This document shows positions 17,043 to 26,964 of a stretch of 64,000 nucleotides of DNA, one piece after another (position 1 is the stretch's first letter; every line of letters starts with the position of its first letter). Below the pieces are notes generated by a model. It was not told where the DNA came from, did no database searches, and saw only the letters and a list, made by a program, of their open reading frames with translations. The translations under genes and the position numbers were made by a program. The stretch is from the NCBI GenBank assembly GCA_021821305.1, contig JAKACP010000001.1, forward strand, positions 68,934-132,933. Direction: 5' to 3'. The DNA is from a bacterium. GTDB lineage: Bacteria > Patescibacteriota > Minisyncoccia > Moranbacterales > UBA1568.

Positions 17043-18440
17043 TTATTTCCTTTCGATGATCGCCCTCACCTGGGCGTCGGCGGATTGGAGAGCCCCCCTG
17101 ACGGTATTTTCTCCGCGATCGACCGATTCGATCGACTCGGCGAGCACGCCTTCCGCGCGTTCGATTTCACCGATCCTCCAACTCTTGGCGAGCAGATTGC
17201 CCGAAGCGAACGGCGCCAACCACGGGTCACGCTTCTGCTCCTCGATGAGGTCGCGGCGTGCGGCCGGCTTCTTGGTCTTGTCGAGATACAGCTTGGTCGG
17301 ATCGTCCTTGATCGGAAGCGTGACCGAGGTATCGCTCAAGGGATTGCGGAGCGTGACCGACTTCGCCGGATGCGGGAATGCGAAGTAGTGGAGGAACTGC
17401 CATGACTCATGGACACGGAGATCGTTGTATTTCCCCGCCGGGAACGGCGCCGGCTGGCCTTCCGCTATCACCGGCGCAGCCTTGTTCTTGGCGACGACGA
17501 AACTCCAGTAGTTGGCATAGTTGGACGGCTGGGAACCGGAAAATTGCGGGAGCGCCGCGACGGCGAAGTTGAGCTTGGCGTTCTTGCGGCGTATGGTGTC
17601 GATGTGCCAGGAGTAGTTGACCATCATCGCCAGGCTCCCTTCGTAGAAAGCGTCGATGGAATAATGCTGGCGGGAATTCCACGAATAGGACTCGGAACCG
17701 ATCTTCGAGAACTGGGAATAGAAGTCGAGCGCGCCGTTCATCGGATCACCCGCGATCTGGAACGTGTCGGCGGATCCCTTGGACTCGACACCGGCCCCTC
17801 GCTGGAGCGCGAGCGCGAGCAGGATATCGGGAGAGCGGTTGATATTCTTGGCGGTACCGAACGCCGCACCCGACTGCACGATGTTGCCGTAGGCATCGAT
17901 GGAACTCAGTGCCTTGGCATCGACGAGGAATTCATCCCAGGTCGAAGGCGGGTTGGCGATGCCGACCGCATTGAAGAGATCCTTGTTATAGTAAAGCGCG
18001 AGCGAATCGACCGAGAGCGGTGCGCCGTATGCCTTGCCCTCGACGATGAAGTCACGCGCGACCACATCGGCGAACGCGTCTCGATATTCCTTCTCCGAAA
18101 ACTGGTACGCGGGGGCGGGGGCGATGAGCGTCTCGAATTTCGGAAGCCACGAGTTGCGGATAAGGAATATGTCCGGCCCTTTCCCCTCGGCAAACGCCCG
18201 GACGATATCCTCCTGATAGGTCGCCTCCGACATCTTCCGGTAGGTGATGTTGTTGATATGGTCCTTGTTGAGCTCGCGGAATGCCGTAAGTGATTCCTGA
18301 TAGGCACCGGAATCATCGAACAGCCCCCAGATCTCGAGGTCGACCTTATACGGGGTGGGCGCGGCCTCCTTGCCGCAACCGGAGAGCGATATCGCGCCGA
18401 ACAGCACGGGAACCACCAGAAGCATCCGCAGGTATCGCAT
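17043..18440 (-). CDS. ABC-transporter-type extracellular solute-binding lipoprotein (family 1, sugar-type), orphan
   Basis: It has a lipobox (LSGC). The 465-aa product has an SBP_bac_1-like fold. No permease or ATPase genes are adjacent. Confidence 0.75.
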   Translation of the reverse strand: MRYLRMLLVVPVLFGAISLSGCGKEAAPTPYKVDLEIWGLFDDSGAYQESLTAFRELNKDHINNITYRKMSEATYQEDIVRAFAEGKGPDIFLIRNSWLPKFETLIAPAPAYQFSEKEYRDAFADVVARDFIVEGKAYGAPLSVDSLALYYNKDLFNAVGIANPPSTWDEFLVDAKALSSIDAYGNIVQSGAAFGTAKNINRSPDILLALALQRGAGVESKGSADTFQIAGDPMNGALDFYSQFSKIGSESYSWNSRQHYSIDAFYEGSLAMMVNYSWHIDTIRRKNAKLNFAVAALPQFSGSQPSNYANYWSFVVAKNKAAPVIAEGQPAPFPAGKYNDLRVHESWQFLHYFAFPHPAKSVTLRNPLSDTSVTLPIKDDPTKLYLDKTKKPAARRDLIEEQKRDPWLAPFASGNLLAKSWRIGEIERAEGVLAESIESVDRGENTVRGALQSADAQVRAIIERK

Positions 18441-18442
18441 AG

Positions 18443-18982
18443 CTATTTCGTTACGAGAAACGCGTAGTGAAAACCTCCGACGGGAATCTCCTGTCCGACC
18501 GTGAGTCCGGCTTCGGCGATGAGTTTCTTGAGGTCTTCCGGAGCGATGCGCGATCCGGCGTCAGGACCGACGCTCGCCGCGTCGGGGCTCCACTCCATGA
18601 CGAGCGCGTGCCCGCCCGGACGGAGGATGCGGGCCATCTCACGGAGAATGACCGACTTCTTCTCGTTCTGAAAAAGGATGTCCTTGGAAATCACCCAGTC
18701 GACGCTCGCGGGCGGCAGTCCCGAACCGTTCTCATTTTCGAGGTTCGCCCGACGAGTCGAGATGTTCTTGAGGCCCTGCGTCTTCATCTGGCTCTCGACC
18801 GCCTCGAGGGCCGAAGGAAGCACGTCGAGCGCGATCACATTCCCTTCATCGCCGACCGCCTTCGCGAATTCGACGGAAAAATACCCCGCTCCACAGCCGA
18901 AATCCGCGACGGTCCCTTGGGGCGCGATCGGAAGCGAACGCACGACCGCTTTCGGGTCAACGAACGTGGCAGGCATCATCAT
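18443..18982 (-). CDS. class I SAM-dependent methyltransferase
   Basis: The SAM-binding motif is DFGCGAGYFS with acidic loop ALDV. The start is at the internal MMMPATF because the longer ORF runs over tRNA-Ser. Confidence 0.7.
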   Translation of the reverse strand: MMMPATFVDPKAVVRSLPIAPQGTVADFGCGAGYFSVEFAKAVGDEGNVIALDVLPSALEAVESQMKTQGLKNISTRRANLENENGSGLPPASVDWVISKDILFQNEKKSVILREMARILRPGGHALVMEWSPDAASVGPDAGSRIAPEDLKKLIAEAGLTVGQEIPVGGFHYAFLVTK

Positions 18983-19053
18983 AAGCTTTTTTTGTTTGCG
19001 TAAAATACACGGATATTGTACAACAAATGAGGAGAATTGAGAAATACACGCAG

Positions 19054-19140
19054 GGAAGCGTGGCCGAGTGGTTGAAGGCACCGCTCTCGAAAAGCGGCAT
19101 ACCCGAAAGGGTATCGGAGGTTCGAATCCTCCCGCTTCCG
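19054..19140 (+). tRNA. tRNA-Ser (anticodon CGA), long variable arm
   Basis: GGAAGCGTGGCCGAGTGGTTGAAGGCACCGCTCTCGAAAAGCGG...GGTTCGAATCCTCCCGCTTCCG. The anticodon loop is CTCGAAA. Confidence 0.8.
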
Positions 19141-19269
19141 CAGTGAATCCGCCAGCTGGCGGATGGCTTCCGTGAGGATAAGAAGGGCGGAGCGATGTTT
19201 CGCGAGCGCGCCCTTTTCTTTACACCGCCGCGATCCCATGTTAGGCTTGCTTCAGTTAAAAAGCGGCCC

Positions 19270-19803
19270 ATGAGCGATATCCTTTCCGGACAATTTTTCC
19301 CGATTCTCGCACTCGTGTCCGCCGCGCTCGCGGTGGCGCTCTTGGCCGTCTCGCTGTGGCTCCTGCTCCAGTTTCGACAGATCAAGAGGGACCTTTCGAC
19401 CCTGTTTTCCGGGAAAAAAGCGACCGATCTCGAGGAAATCCTCCTCGCGCAGAAAGCCTCCATCGCCGAACTCGACCGCGAAGTCCAGGAGCTCTACGAT
19501 GTCGCCGAACGCCTCTATCGGCTCGGCCAGGAGAGTATCCACAAGACGGAAATCCTGCGATTCAACCCGTTCAAGGAAGTGGGCGGCAACCAAAGCTTCA
19601 CGGTCGCTCTCCTCAACGGCAAGAACACGGGCTTCGTCCTCTCGTCGCTCCATACCCGCGAAGGGACCAGGATATACTCCAAGCCGGTCGTAAACGGGGC
19701 CGAGGTCAAGGAATATCCGCTTACGGCCGAGGAAAAGCAGACGGTCGCGACCGCGGCCAGAAAATACTCCGAGATCTTCACCGAAAAGAAACCTACAGTC
19801 TAA
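19270..19803 (+). CDS. hypothetical membrane-anchored protein, DUF4446-like
   Basis: The start is at the internal MSDILSG. The product has one N-terminal TM helix. The FNPFKEVGGNQSF...GKNTGFVLSSLHTREGTRIY region resembles DUF4446 (family recalled from memory, low certainty). Confidence 0.55.
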   Translation: MSDILSGQFFPILALVSAALAVALLAVSLWLLLQFRQIKRDLSTLFSGKKATDLEEILLAQKASIAELDREVQELYDVAERLYRLGQESIHKTEILRFNPFKEVGGNQSFTVALLNGKNTGFVLSSLHTREGTRIYSKPVVNGAEVKEYPLTAEEKQTVATAARKYSEIFTEKKPTV

Positions 19804-19830
19804 GATAATCCCCATCGAAATCATATCGTC

Positions 19831-21600
19831 ATGAACGAGGAAACCGTCGAAAAAACCGTCGCTATCCCGGATATCATCACCGTCAAGGCGTTTTCCGAAC
19901 TGCTCGGACTCCCCGTCTCGCAGGTCATAACCGAGCTCATGAAGAACGGTATCCTCGCGACGATCAACGAGGAGATCGATTTCGAGACGGCGAGCATCAT
20001 CGCGGCCGACCTCGGTTTCGAGGCGACACTCGCCGAAGAGAAAGGGTCGGGAGAAAAGGCGCTCGACCTCGAGGAGCTCCTTGCGCTCTGCGAAGAGGAG
20101 AAGAAATCCGACAAGCGCCTCGAGACGCGGCCGCCGATCGTCACCATCCTCGGCCATGTCGACCACGGCAAGACGACGCTTCTCGACACGATCCGCAAGA
20201 CGAGCGTCGCCACCGGGGAAGCCGGCGGCATCACCCAGCACCTCGGTTCCTACCAGGTGAAGCGGCGCGGCAAATACATCACGTTCATCGACACTCCGGG
20301 ACATGAGGCGTTCGCGGCGATGCGCAAGCGCGGCGTCTCCATCGCCGATATCGCCATCCTCGTCGTCGCCGCCGACGACGGTGTCCGCCCGCAGACCAAG
20401 GAAGTCATCACCTACCTCAAGGAGCGCGGACTCCCCGTCATCGTCGCCATCAACAAGATCGACAAGCCGGACGCGAACCCGGCGCGCGTGAAGCAGGAAC
20501 TCGCCGAACAGGACATTCTCATCGAGGAATGGGGCGGAAAAGTGCTCTCGAACGAGATCAGCGCCAAACAGAATATCGGCATCGACAAGCTCCTCGAAAG
20601 CATCCTTCTCATAAACGAGGTCGAGGAATATTCCGCCGATCCCAAGCGTGACGGGCTTGCCGTCGTGCTCGAGTCGAACCTCGACCCGCAGAAAGGACCG
20701 GTCGCGACCGCCCTCGTCCGGACCGGCACGCTCAAGGTCGGACAGGACATCGTCGCCGGATCCGCATTCGGGCGCATACGACGCATGGAAGATTACACCG
20801 GCCGTAGCATCGAGAGCGCCGGGCCCTCGACGCCGGTCATCATCTACGGATTCCACGACAACCCGCAGGTCAACGACGTCGTCCAGGTCGCGAGCGGCAA
20901 AGCCTCGGCGCGCACACGTTCGCGCCAGGCGATCGTCTCCGTCAAATCATCCGGAAAATCGGCCGGCGAGGAAGAGGAGGGCGCCCAGAAGAAACTCCGC
21001 TACGTCATCAAGTCCGATGTCCAGGGATCGCTCGAAGCGATCGAGCAGATCCTCGCATCCATACAGTCCGACGAAGCGGCATTCGAGGAGATCGCCTCCG
21101 GCGTCGGCCACATCACGGAATCGGACGTGAAGCTCGCCGAAAGCGCCGGCGCGGTCGTATTCGGATTCAACGTGGAACCGACTGCCGTCGCCCGACGCAT
21201 CGCGGAGAAGAGCGGCGTTCCCATCGAGACGTTCAACATCATCTACAAACTCGTCGATCGGGCGAAGGAGCGGCTCGCCGACCTCCTCCCGCCGGAAATC
21301 ATCCGCACCGACTACGGCCGTCTCTCCGTCCTCGCCGTGTTCAAGACCGGCAAACGCGACCAGATCCTCGGCGGCCGGGTCTCCGAAGGCAAGATGGTCA
21401 AGGGAGCGCTCCTCGAGATCAAGCGCGGCGACGAGATCGTCGGCCAAGGAAAGATGGGCAACCTTCAGCAGAACAAGGAAAACGCCGAGGAGGTCGGCCA
21501 AGGAAACGAATGCGGCCTCGTCTTCGAGGGCAGCGAACGGGTGGCCGTCGGCGACACGCTCATCGCATACAAGGAAGAATCCAAGAGGCGAAGCCTCTAG
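19831..21600 (+). CDS. infB: translation initiation factor IF-2 (short form)
   Basis: GTPase motifs are present ([21 protein letters not shown]), with the beta-barrel domains downstream. Confidence 0.9.
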   Translation: MNEETVEKTVAIPDIITVKAFSELLGLPVSQVITELMKNGILATINEEIDFETASIIAADLGFEATLAEEKGSGEKALDLEELLALCEEEKKSDKRLETRPPIVTILGHVDHGKTTLLDTIRKTSVATGEAGGITQHLGSYQVKRRGKYITFIDTPGHEAFAAMRKRGVSIADIAILVVAADDGVRPQTKEVITYLKERGLPVIVAINKIDKPDANPARVKQELAEQDILIEEWGGKVLSNEISAKQNIGIDKLLESILLINEVEEYSADPKRDGLAVVLESNLDPQKGPVATALVRTGTLKVGQDIVAGSAFGRIRRMEDYTGRSIESAGPSTPVIIYGFHDNPQVNDVVQVASGKASARTRSRQAIVSVKSSGKSAGEEEEGAQKKLRYVIKSDVQGSLEAIEQILASIQSDEAAFEEIASGVGHITESDVKLAESAGAVVFGFNVEPTAVARRIAEKSGVPIETFNIIYKLVDRAKERLADLLPPEIIRTDYGRLSVLAVFKTGKRDQILGGRVSEGKMVKGALLEIKRGDEIVGQGKMGNLQQNKENAEEVGQGNECGLVFEGSERVAVGDTLIAYKEESKRRSL

Positions 21601-21729
21601 CGGAAAACACAGGAACCCAAAGCACAAAATTCCAAACAAAGCCCAGCATACAAAACCGAAGCAGAAAACGTTTGTGTTTTTGGAAGTTCGTGTTCCGTTT
21701 GGATTGTTGTGTTCTGTGATTTGTGTTTT

Positions 21730-23208
21730 ATGGATTACAAAATCCCAACTCCTGTCATCGAAACGCTGAAAACGCTCACCGAGGCGGGTTTCGAGGCGTA
21801 CATCGTCGGCGGGTGCGTGCGCGATCTCATCTTGGGGCGGGAACCCAAGGACTGGGATATCACGACCGACGCGACTCCTGACAAGACTCTCTCGCTCTTC
21901 CCCGACAGCTTCTACGAAAACGAATTCGGCACGGTCGGCGTCAAGGTCGTCCCCTTCCTCACGGGAGGCAAGGAAGGCCGCGAGCACGACATCGTCGAGG
22001 TGACCACGTATCGTACCGAGTCCGGCTATACCGACAGCCGCCGACCCGACGCGGTGACCTTCGTATCGACGCTTCACGAAGATCTCGCGCGCCGGGACTT
22101 CACGATGAACGCGATCGCGATGAGGCCGGTCGGCGACGGCTCTGACGTGGAAACAACCGATCCCTTCGACGGAGCGGGATCCATCAGGGACAAGGTCATC
22201 CGGACGGTCGGTTCCCCCGATGAGCGCTTCGGCGAGGACGCGCTCCGCATGATGCGCGCCGTACGGTTCTTCGCCGAACTGGGGACCGGCTGGCAGATCG
22301 AAAACGACACCCTCGAGGCGATACGCAAACACGCCGACTCCCTCGCGCGCGTCTCCCACGAGCGTATCCGCGACGAATTCTCCCGCATCATACTGTCCGA
22401 TCATCCGATGGAAGGAGTCGAATTGCTCCGGACGACCGGCCTGCTTCGACATATCATCCCCGAGCTCGAGGAGGGCTTCGGCGTCACCCAGAATCTCCAT
22501 CACATCTACACCGTCTGGGAGCACAACCTGCGGGCGCTTTCCACGTGCCCCTCGAAAAAGCTTGAGGTACGGCTCGCCGCGCTCCTCCACGATGTCGCCA
22601 AACCGCGGACCAAGCGCGGAGAGGGTTATCGCGCCACCTTCTACAATCACGACCACGTAGGCGCCAGGATGACGCGGACCATCCTCACCCGACTCCGCTA
22701 TCCGAAAAGCGTCGTGGAAAAGGCGTCGCTCCTCGTCGATCAGCACCTCTTCTACTACAATGTCGGCGAGGTTACCGAAGCGTCGGTCCGCCGGCTCATA
22801 CGGCGCGTCGGACTCGAAAACATGGACGACTTGATGGACGTCCGGATCGGTGATAGACTGGGATCCGGCGTCCCCAAAGCCAAACCCTACAAGCTCCGGC
22901 ACCTCGAATACATGATCGACAAGGTCTCAAAGGACCCGGTATCGGTCGGGATGCTTGCCATCAAGGGCACCGATCTCATCGAGGCGCTCGGCCTCGAGCC
23001 GGGACCGATCATAGGTGCCATTCTCGATGTGCTCTTGGCCGAAGTCATCGAGGATCCGTCGCGAAACGTCCGCGAGGCGCTCCTCGAACGGGCGGCGGCG
23101 CTCGCGAACGAGGAGATCGGCGCGCTCCGCGAGCTGGCGAAGGAAAAGATCGAGGAGAAACGGGAGGCCGACGACGCGAAAATCAGGAAGGCTCATTGGG
23201 TGGAATAG
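21730..23208 (+). CDS. cca: CCA-adding tRNA nucleotidyltransferase with HD domain
   Basis: It has the PolyA_pol head motif (GGCVRDLILGREPKDWD) and an HD motif (LLHDVAKP). The start is at MDYKIPT. The track ORF starts 7 codons earlier. Confidence 0.85.
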   Translation: MDYKIPTPVIETLKTLTEAGFEAYIVGGCVRDLILGREPKDWDITTDATPDKTLSLFPDSFYENEFGTVGVKVVPFLTGGKEGREHDIVEVTTYRTESGYTDSRRPDAVTFVSTLHEDLARRDFTMNAIAMRPVGDGSDVETTDPFDGAGSIRDKVIRTVGSPDERFGEDALRMMRAVRFFAELGTGWQIENDTLEAIRKHADSLARVSHERIRDEFSRIILSDHPMEGVELLRTTGLLRHIIPELEEGFGVTQNLHHIYTVWEHNLRALSTCPSKKLEVRLAALLHDVAKPRTKRGEGYRATFYNHDHVGARMTRTILTRLRYPKSVVEKASLLVDQHLFYYNVGEVTEASVRRLIRRVGLENMDDLMDVRIGDRLGSGVPKAKPYKLRHLEYMIDKVSKDPVSVGMLAIKGTDLIEALGLEPGPIIGAILDVLLAEVIEDPSRNVREALLERAAALANEEIGALRELAKEKIEEKREADDAKIRKAHWVE

Positions 23209-23233
23209 CGGAAAGAAGCCGGAAGTGAGATTT

Positions 23234-23307
23234 CGGAGTGTGGTATAGTGGTATTACGCACGCTTCGGGTGCGTGTAACCCGGGTTCGATTCCCGGCACT
23301 CCGACCA
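23234..23307 (+). tRNA. tRNA-Pro (anticodon CGG), CCA encoded
   Basis: CGGAGTGTGGTATAGTGGTATTACGCACGCTTCGGGTGCGTGTAACCCGGGTTCGATTCCCGGCACTCCGACCA. Confidence 0.75.
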
Positions 23308-23358
23308 TTCGATTCGGTCCTCGACAAGCTCAGACCTCACTCATGGTCTACGACCGAT

Positions 23359-23682
23359 ATGTTTTCGGAAGATACGGATATAAGAGAAATCGAATGTCCT
23401 GAGCCTGTCGAAGGGACCTTTTTCGTCTACCTGTTGCTTTGCAGAAACAAAAGTCTTTACTGCGGATCAACTGCAGATATGATCAACCGGCTTAAGGAAC
23501 ATAATTCCGGGGAAGCGGCTTTGTGGACGAAAACGCACGGGCCGGTTCGGCTAATATATTGTGAGGCCCATGATACCCTGCTTTCCGCGCGTCGACGCGA
23601 GAAACAAATCAAGGGTTGGGCCGTACGTAAAAAACTGAATCTCGTAAACGGAGTCTGGAAAAAACAAGTCGTATGCGGCTGA
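23359..23682 (+). CDS. GIY-YIG nuclease family protein (YhbQ-like, ~107 aa)
   Basis: The product has FFVYLLLCRNKSLYCGSTADMINRLKEHNSG. The start is at the internal MFSEDT, downstream of the tRNA. Confidence 0.65.
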   Translation: MFSEDTDIREIECPEPVEGTFFVYLLLCRNKSLYCGSTADMINRLKEHNSGEAALWTKTHGPVRLIYCEAHDTLLSARRREKQIKGWAVRKKLNLVNGVWKKQVVCG

Positions 23683-23984
23683 TCATCAAAAACATCTCCG
23701 AGAATCCGGTCACGTTGCTTCGGCGCGCCGGTTACGTCTTTCAACGGAAGGAGGGCGAGGAGACGAGTTTCATCAGGGCGCTCGGAACCAGCGGATTCCC
23801 CCGGTTCCATGCCTATGCGAAAATGAACGGATCGGACCTCCTCGTCAATGTTCACCTCGATCAGAAACGGGAAACCTACGGGGAATCGACCCGGCACCAC
23901 GGTGAGTACGGGAACGAGGGGCCGCTCAAGGAAGAGTCCTCGCGTCTGGCCCCGCTCATAGGGGGAGAGATCGCAGGCATATAG
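23673..23984 (+). CDS. hypothetical small protein (103 aa)
   Basis: The ATG overlaps the stop of the preceding gene (ATGCGGCTGA). No family is recognised. An antisense ORF of similar size exists on the opposite strand. Confidence 0.25.
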   Translation: MRLIIKNISENPVTLLRRAGYVFQRKEGEETSFIRALGTSGFPRFHAYAKMNGSDLLVNVHLDQKRETYGESTRHHGEYGNEGPLKEESSRLAPLIGGEIAGI

Positions 23985-24014
23985 GAAATCCAGGAAATAT
24001 CACGTACATACCTC

Positions 24015-24101
24015 GCCGCGGTGGTGGAATTGGCAGACACGCCAGCTTTAGGCGCTGGTGGGAGCGATCCCATGAAGGTTCAAGTCCTTTCCGCGGCACC
24101 A
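24015..24101 (+). tRNA. tRNA-Leu (anticodon TAG), long variable arm, CCA encoded
   Basis: GCCGCGGTGGTGGAATTGGCAGACACGCCAGCTTTAGGCGCTGG...GGTTCAAGTCCTTTCCGCGGCACCA. Confidence 0.8.
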
Positions 24102-24107
24102 AAGAGA

Positions 24108-24146
24108 ACAATGACCGCCCCCTTTCGGACGGTCATTTCTTTCCTC
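24108..24146. terminator. hairpin terminator between the convergent tRNA-Leu and the surface-protein gene
   Basis: aacaatgaccgccccctttcggacggtcatttctttcc. Confidence 0.4.
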
Positions 24147-24161
24147 TACTTGAGGATGATT

Positions 24162-26954
24162 CTAACTCAGTCGATCTCCACGGCGTCCGGGTCTGGCCGG
24201 AGCCGCTTCCGGAGCGAGCGAGAAGACGAACCCGACCGTGAAGAGGAGGAGCGCCATGGTCGCGATCAGTTTGAACGAGAACAGGACCGACGCCGGGAGA
24301 TAGCTCGACACCGCAGCGAAGAACTTCTTCGGTCCAGATGCCATGATCGTGTCCGGCTCCATCACCTCGGCCTGCACCGACTTCGTGACGACCCTTTCAG
24401 CCGACGCCAGGGCCTCGACGCCCCAGATATCCCGGAGCGCGAATCGCTTCTCTTCCGGTTGGATTATCGATCCGGAGAATTGGATATTGTAGAGATCGCC
24501 GACGGTTTTGGCGACAGCCGGGGCATAGTCGATCTCGAACGGCACGGACTCGGTCACCGGCTCGCCGTCGACGCTCCATGACCGGGAAGAAAGTCCGCCG
24601 ACGAAAGACGGAATGAACTTCGCCTTCAGCTTGATGTTGCCGGTAACATACTTCTCGAAGGTATTCTCGCTGTAATCCGCGAACGTGGTCCCGTCGAGAG
24701 CGGTGTAGTCCCCGAGGTATTTCGGCCAGACTATCGTCGCGTCGGCGGATTCTATCGATACTTCCGGATCAACGACCTGGAACGTCCGCGACAGGGTCAC
24801 CGATTTCCCCGTAGCCGTATTCGTCGCGTTCACCTGGAGGGTATAGGTTTCCCCGGCACCCCCGGTGGCCGCGAAGAAGACACGATTCCCGGCGGCGCAT
24901 GCCCCGTCCCCTGATACGGCGTCCGTACAGGAAAGCGGTATGCCATTGAGCGTCCAGGAGAAGTCCGAAAGCCCGGTCGGGTCTATCTCGACGCCGACGA
25001 TCTCATCGTTCACGACGCGGCACGCCACTTTGTTGAGGTTTTCCATCGCCTCGCTTGCCGTCGAGGGATTCGGGTAGAACAGATTGCAGATCGGCGCCGC
25101 GGCCGACACGCGATACTTTCCCGTCACGGCATTAAGCGATGCCGAGGTCGAATAGGCCACGATCTTCTTGGTCGTGTTCGAGACACGGACGATGACGTCG
25201 CTTTTTCCGGTCCGTTCGACTCCGGAAGAGAAGTTTTCCTTGACGGTCGATCCGATCCGCAGATACAGGGGATCGGTTCCCAAAAGTCCGAGCGGCGTCA
25301 GGAAGGCGGTATCCATATTGAGCGCGACGAGAATCGAATCGAGGCCGTTCCCTGCGGACGTCTCCAACATCCCTCCCGTCACCAGATCCGCGGTGATATC
25401 CGTGAATCCGGTCACTGGATTATCGCTCACCTCCACCTGCCACGTATAGAGAAGCTCCGAAATCGGCCGTGAGGAATTGGTCACCGAAGCCGTCGCGGCT
25501 ATGACATCGCCCGTCTTTTCGGCGGTCTGATCGTTCGTCGGGTTATCCGGAGTGGCTGACACGGCTATGTCGAGTTTCTGCGATTTCCCCTGTCCGCCCT
25601 GCAGCGGATCGACGAGGTTTTTCGGAAGACAGGCATTGATATCGTCCTCGCTCATCGTGGTGGTCGGGATGCTCACGGAATAGCCGCGTATCGTCGTGCT
25701 ATAGCTCCCCTTGTTGATGACCGGACAGTCATTCTTCGAAAAGGCCCACATGATGGCATAGGATGAATCGTCGTGCTTGGTCGACATGATGGATGTCCCT
25801 TCGACCACGACACCGATCTGGTCCCCCGCCTGATAATTCCATTCGAATGTCTCCTGGCCGAGACCGACGACGTTGGCCTCATCCTTATTGCCGTTGTCGG
25901 CAGTGTCCGCATCATTCGGGTTGGTGCCCCAGAAGAATTCGTCACTAGCCCCGAACGTTCCGGCCGAATCACCGAACTGCAATCCGGAAGCGGATGTCCG
26001 AGGAAAGAGATGGACACACTTCTGGGACGTGCTCCCTCCGGTACAGCTGCTGAGCGAAGAGGTCAAGCTGTTGTACTGTGACTCGGTGAAGGTCGTGTTC
26101 GCGATGGAGAGATCGACGCACCGGGTCTGCATGGGCGAAGGGCACGAGGCCGTGGAACCGGAACAGCTCGGCGTCCCTGCTACATAGTATTCCGACGTGT
26201 TGCTGAACGTGTCATCGCTCGTCGGGTTGTTCGGATCTGACGTGATCGTACCGGGATTTATGGTGTCGGTGCCGTACACGCATGCGGCCGTATACCCGGC
26301 GGCGCAGGAGAACGACTGGGACGAAGAGGAGGATATGAGCTCGTAGAGGGTCCCGTTGTTCGAGTCGATCATGTAGCACCAGTCGTTCGTCGTATTCACC
26401 TGGTTGTTTCCTCCGTATTCGGCCCGGTATCCGTCCGAGTCCGTGTCGCTCCCGTAGTTGAAGCCGGCCTTGTCTGCGCCGTCGGTAGCGATTATCCGCG
26501 CGGCGGCGACCTTCCAGTCATTCACGGTGATACCGCCGGATCCATCGGCGTTGCAATAGGCGGGAGCGCCGCCAGCGCTCCCGAGATCGCATCCCTTGCG
26601 CTTGAGATACCAGGTGTAGTACAGCTGATCGCTCGGGTTCGAGAAAAGAATCGGGAACGCCCGGGCGATGATCTTCTCACCTTCCTTCGGATCGGTTGGG
26701 CTGAAGAAAATGTTCACTTCCGGAGGGGTTTTCTTGTTTCCGGAAACGTTGAACGCCTCGCTTATTTCCTGCACCGATCCCTGATTCACGTGATAACGCT
26801 GTTCGAGCTCCTTCGCGACCTGTGTCGCGGACGGGATCTTCGGCTTGCCTCCGAAAAGAGCGAGTGCCGGAACCGGGACCATCATCTGTACGATGACCGT
26901 GAGCGAGAGCGCGGATGAGGCGAATTTTTTCCATCTCATGTTCGTCGATTTCAT
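24162..26954 (-). CDS. large (~930 aa) secreted Cys-rich surface protein with a C-terminal TM anchor; last gene of the T4SS-like operon
   Basis: It has the signal peptide MKSTNMRWKKFASSALSLTVIVQMMVPVPALA, many Cys pairs and Ser/Thr/Gly/Asn-rich repeats. The C-terminal hydrophobic helix is followed by RPGRRGDRLS. Confidence 0.65.
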   Translation of the reverse strand: MKSTNMRWKKFASSALSLTVIVQMMVPVPALALFGGKPKIPSATQVAKELEQRYHVNQGSVQEISEAFNVSGNKKTPPEVNIFFSPTDPKEGEKIIARAFPILFSNPSDQLYYTWYLKRKGCDLGSAGGAPAYCNADGSGGITVNDWKVAAARIIATDGADKAGFNYGSDTDSDGYRAEYGGNNQVNTTNDWCYMIDSNNGTLYELISSSSSQSFSCAAGYTAACVYGTDTINPGTITSDPNNPTSDDTFSNTSEYYVAGTPSCSGSTASCPSPMQTRCVDLSIANTTFTESQYNSLTSSLSSCTGGSTSQKCVHLFPRTSASGLQFGDSAGTFGASDEFFWGTNPNDADTADNGNKDEANVVGLGQETFEWNYQAGDQIGVVVEGTSIMSTKHDDSSYAIMWAFSKNDCPVINKGSYSTTIRGYSVSIPTTTMSEDDINACLPKNLVDPLQGGQGKSQKLDIAVSATPDNPTNDQTAEKTGDVIAATASVTNSSRPISELLYTWQVEVSDNPVTGFTDITADLVTGGMLETSAGNGLDSILVALNMDTAFLTPLGLLGTDPLYLRIGSTVKENFSSGVERTGKSDVIVRVSNTTKKIVAYSTSASLNAVTGKYRVSAAAPICNLFYPNPSTASEAMENLNKVACRVVNDEIVGVEIDPTGLSDFSWTLNGIPLSCTDAVSGDGACAAGNRVFFAATGGAGETYTLQVNATNTATGKSVTLSRTFQVVDPEVSIESADATIVWPKYLGDYTALDGTTFADYSENTFEKYVTGNIKLKAKFIPSFVGGLSSRSWSVDGEPVTESVPFEIDYAPAVAKTVGDLYNIQFSGSIIQPEEKRFALRDIWGVEALASAERVVTKSVQAEVMEPDTIMASGPKKFFAAVSSYLPASVLFSFKLIATMALLLFTVGFVFSLAPEAAPARPGRRGDRLS

Positions 26955-26964
26955 AGGCTTAAGC

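Noticed and set aside
18983-19081. Longer version of the methyltransferase ORF (18443-19081) and ORF 18957-19463
   Set aside because: The extension runs across the tRNA-Ser gene on the opposite strand. The internal MMMPATF start gives a normal-length SAM methyltransferase.
19252-22902. Long minus-strand ORFs 19252-20856 (534 aa) and 20947-22902 (651 aa) antisense to DUF4446/infB/cca
   Set aside because: Their translations are Arg/Gly/Asp/Glu-rich low-complexity with no motifs. They lie exactly opposite well-supported infB and cca genes. These are typical stop-codon-poor antisense frames of high-GC DNA.
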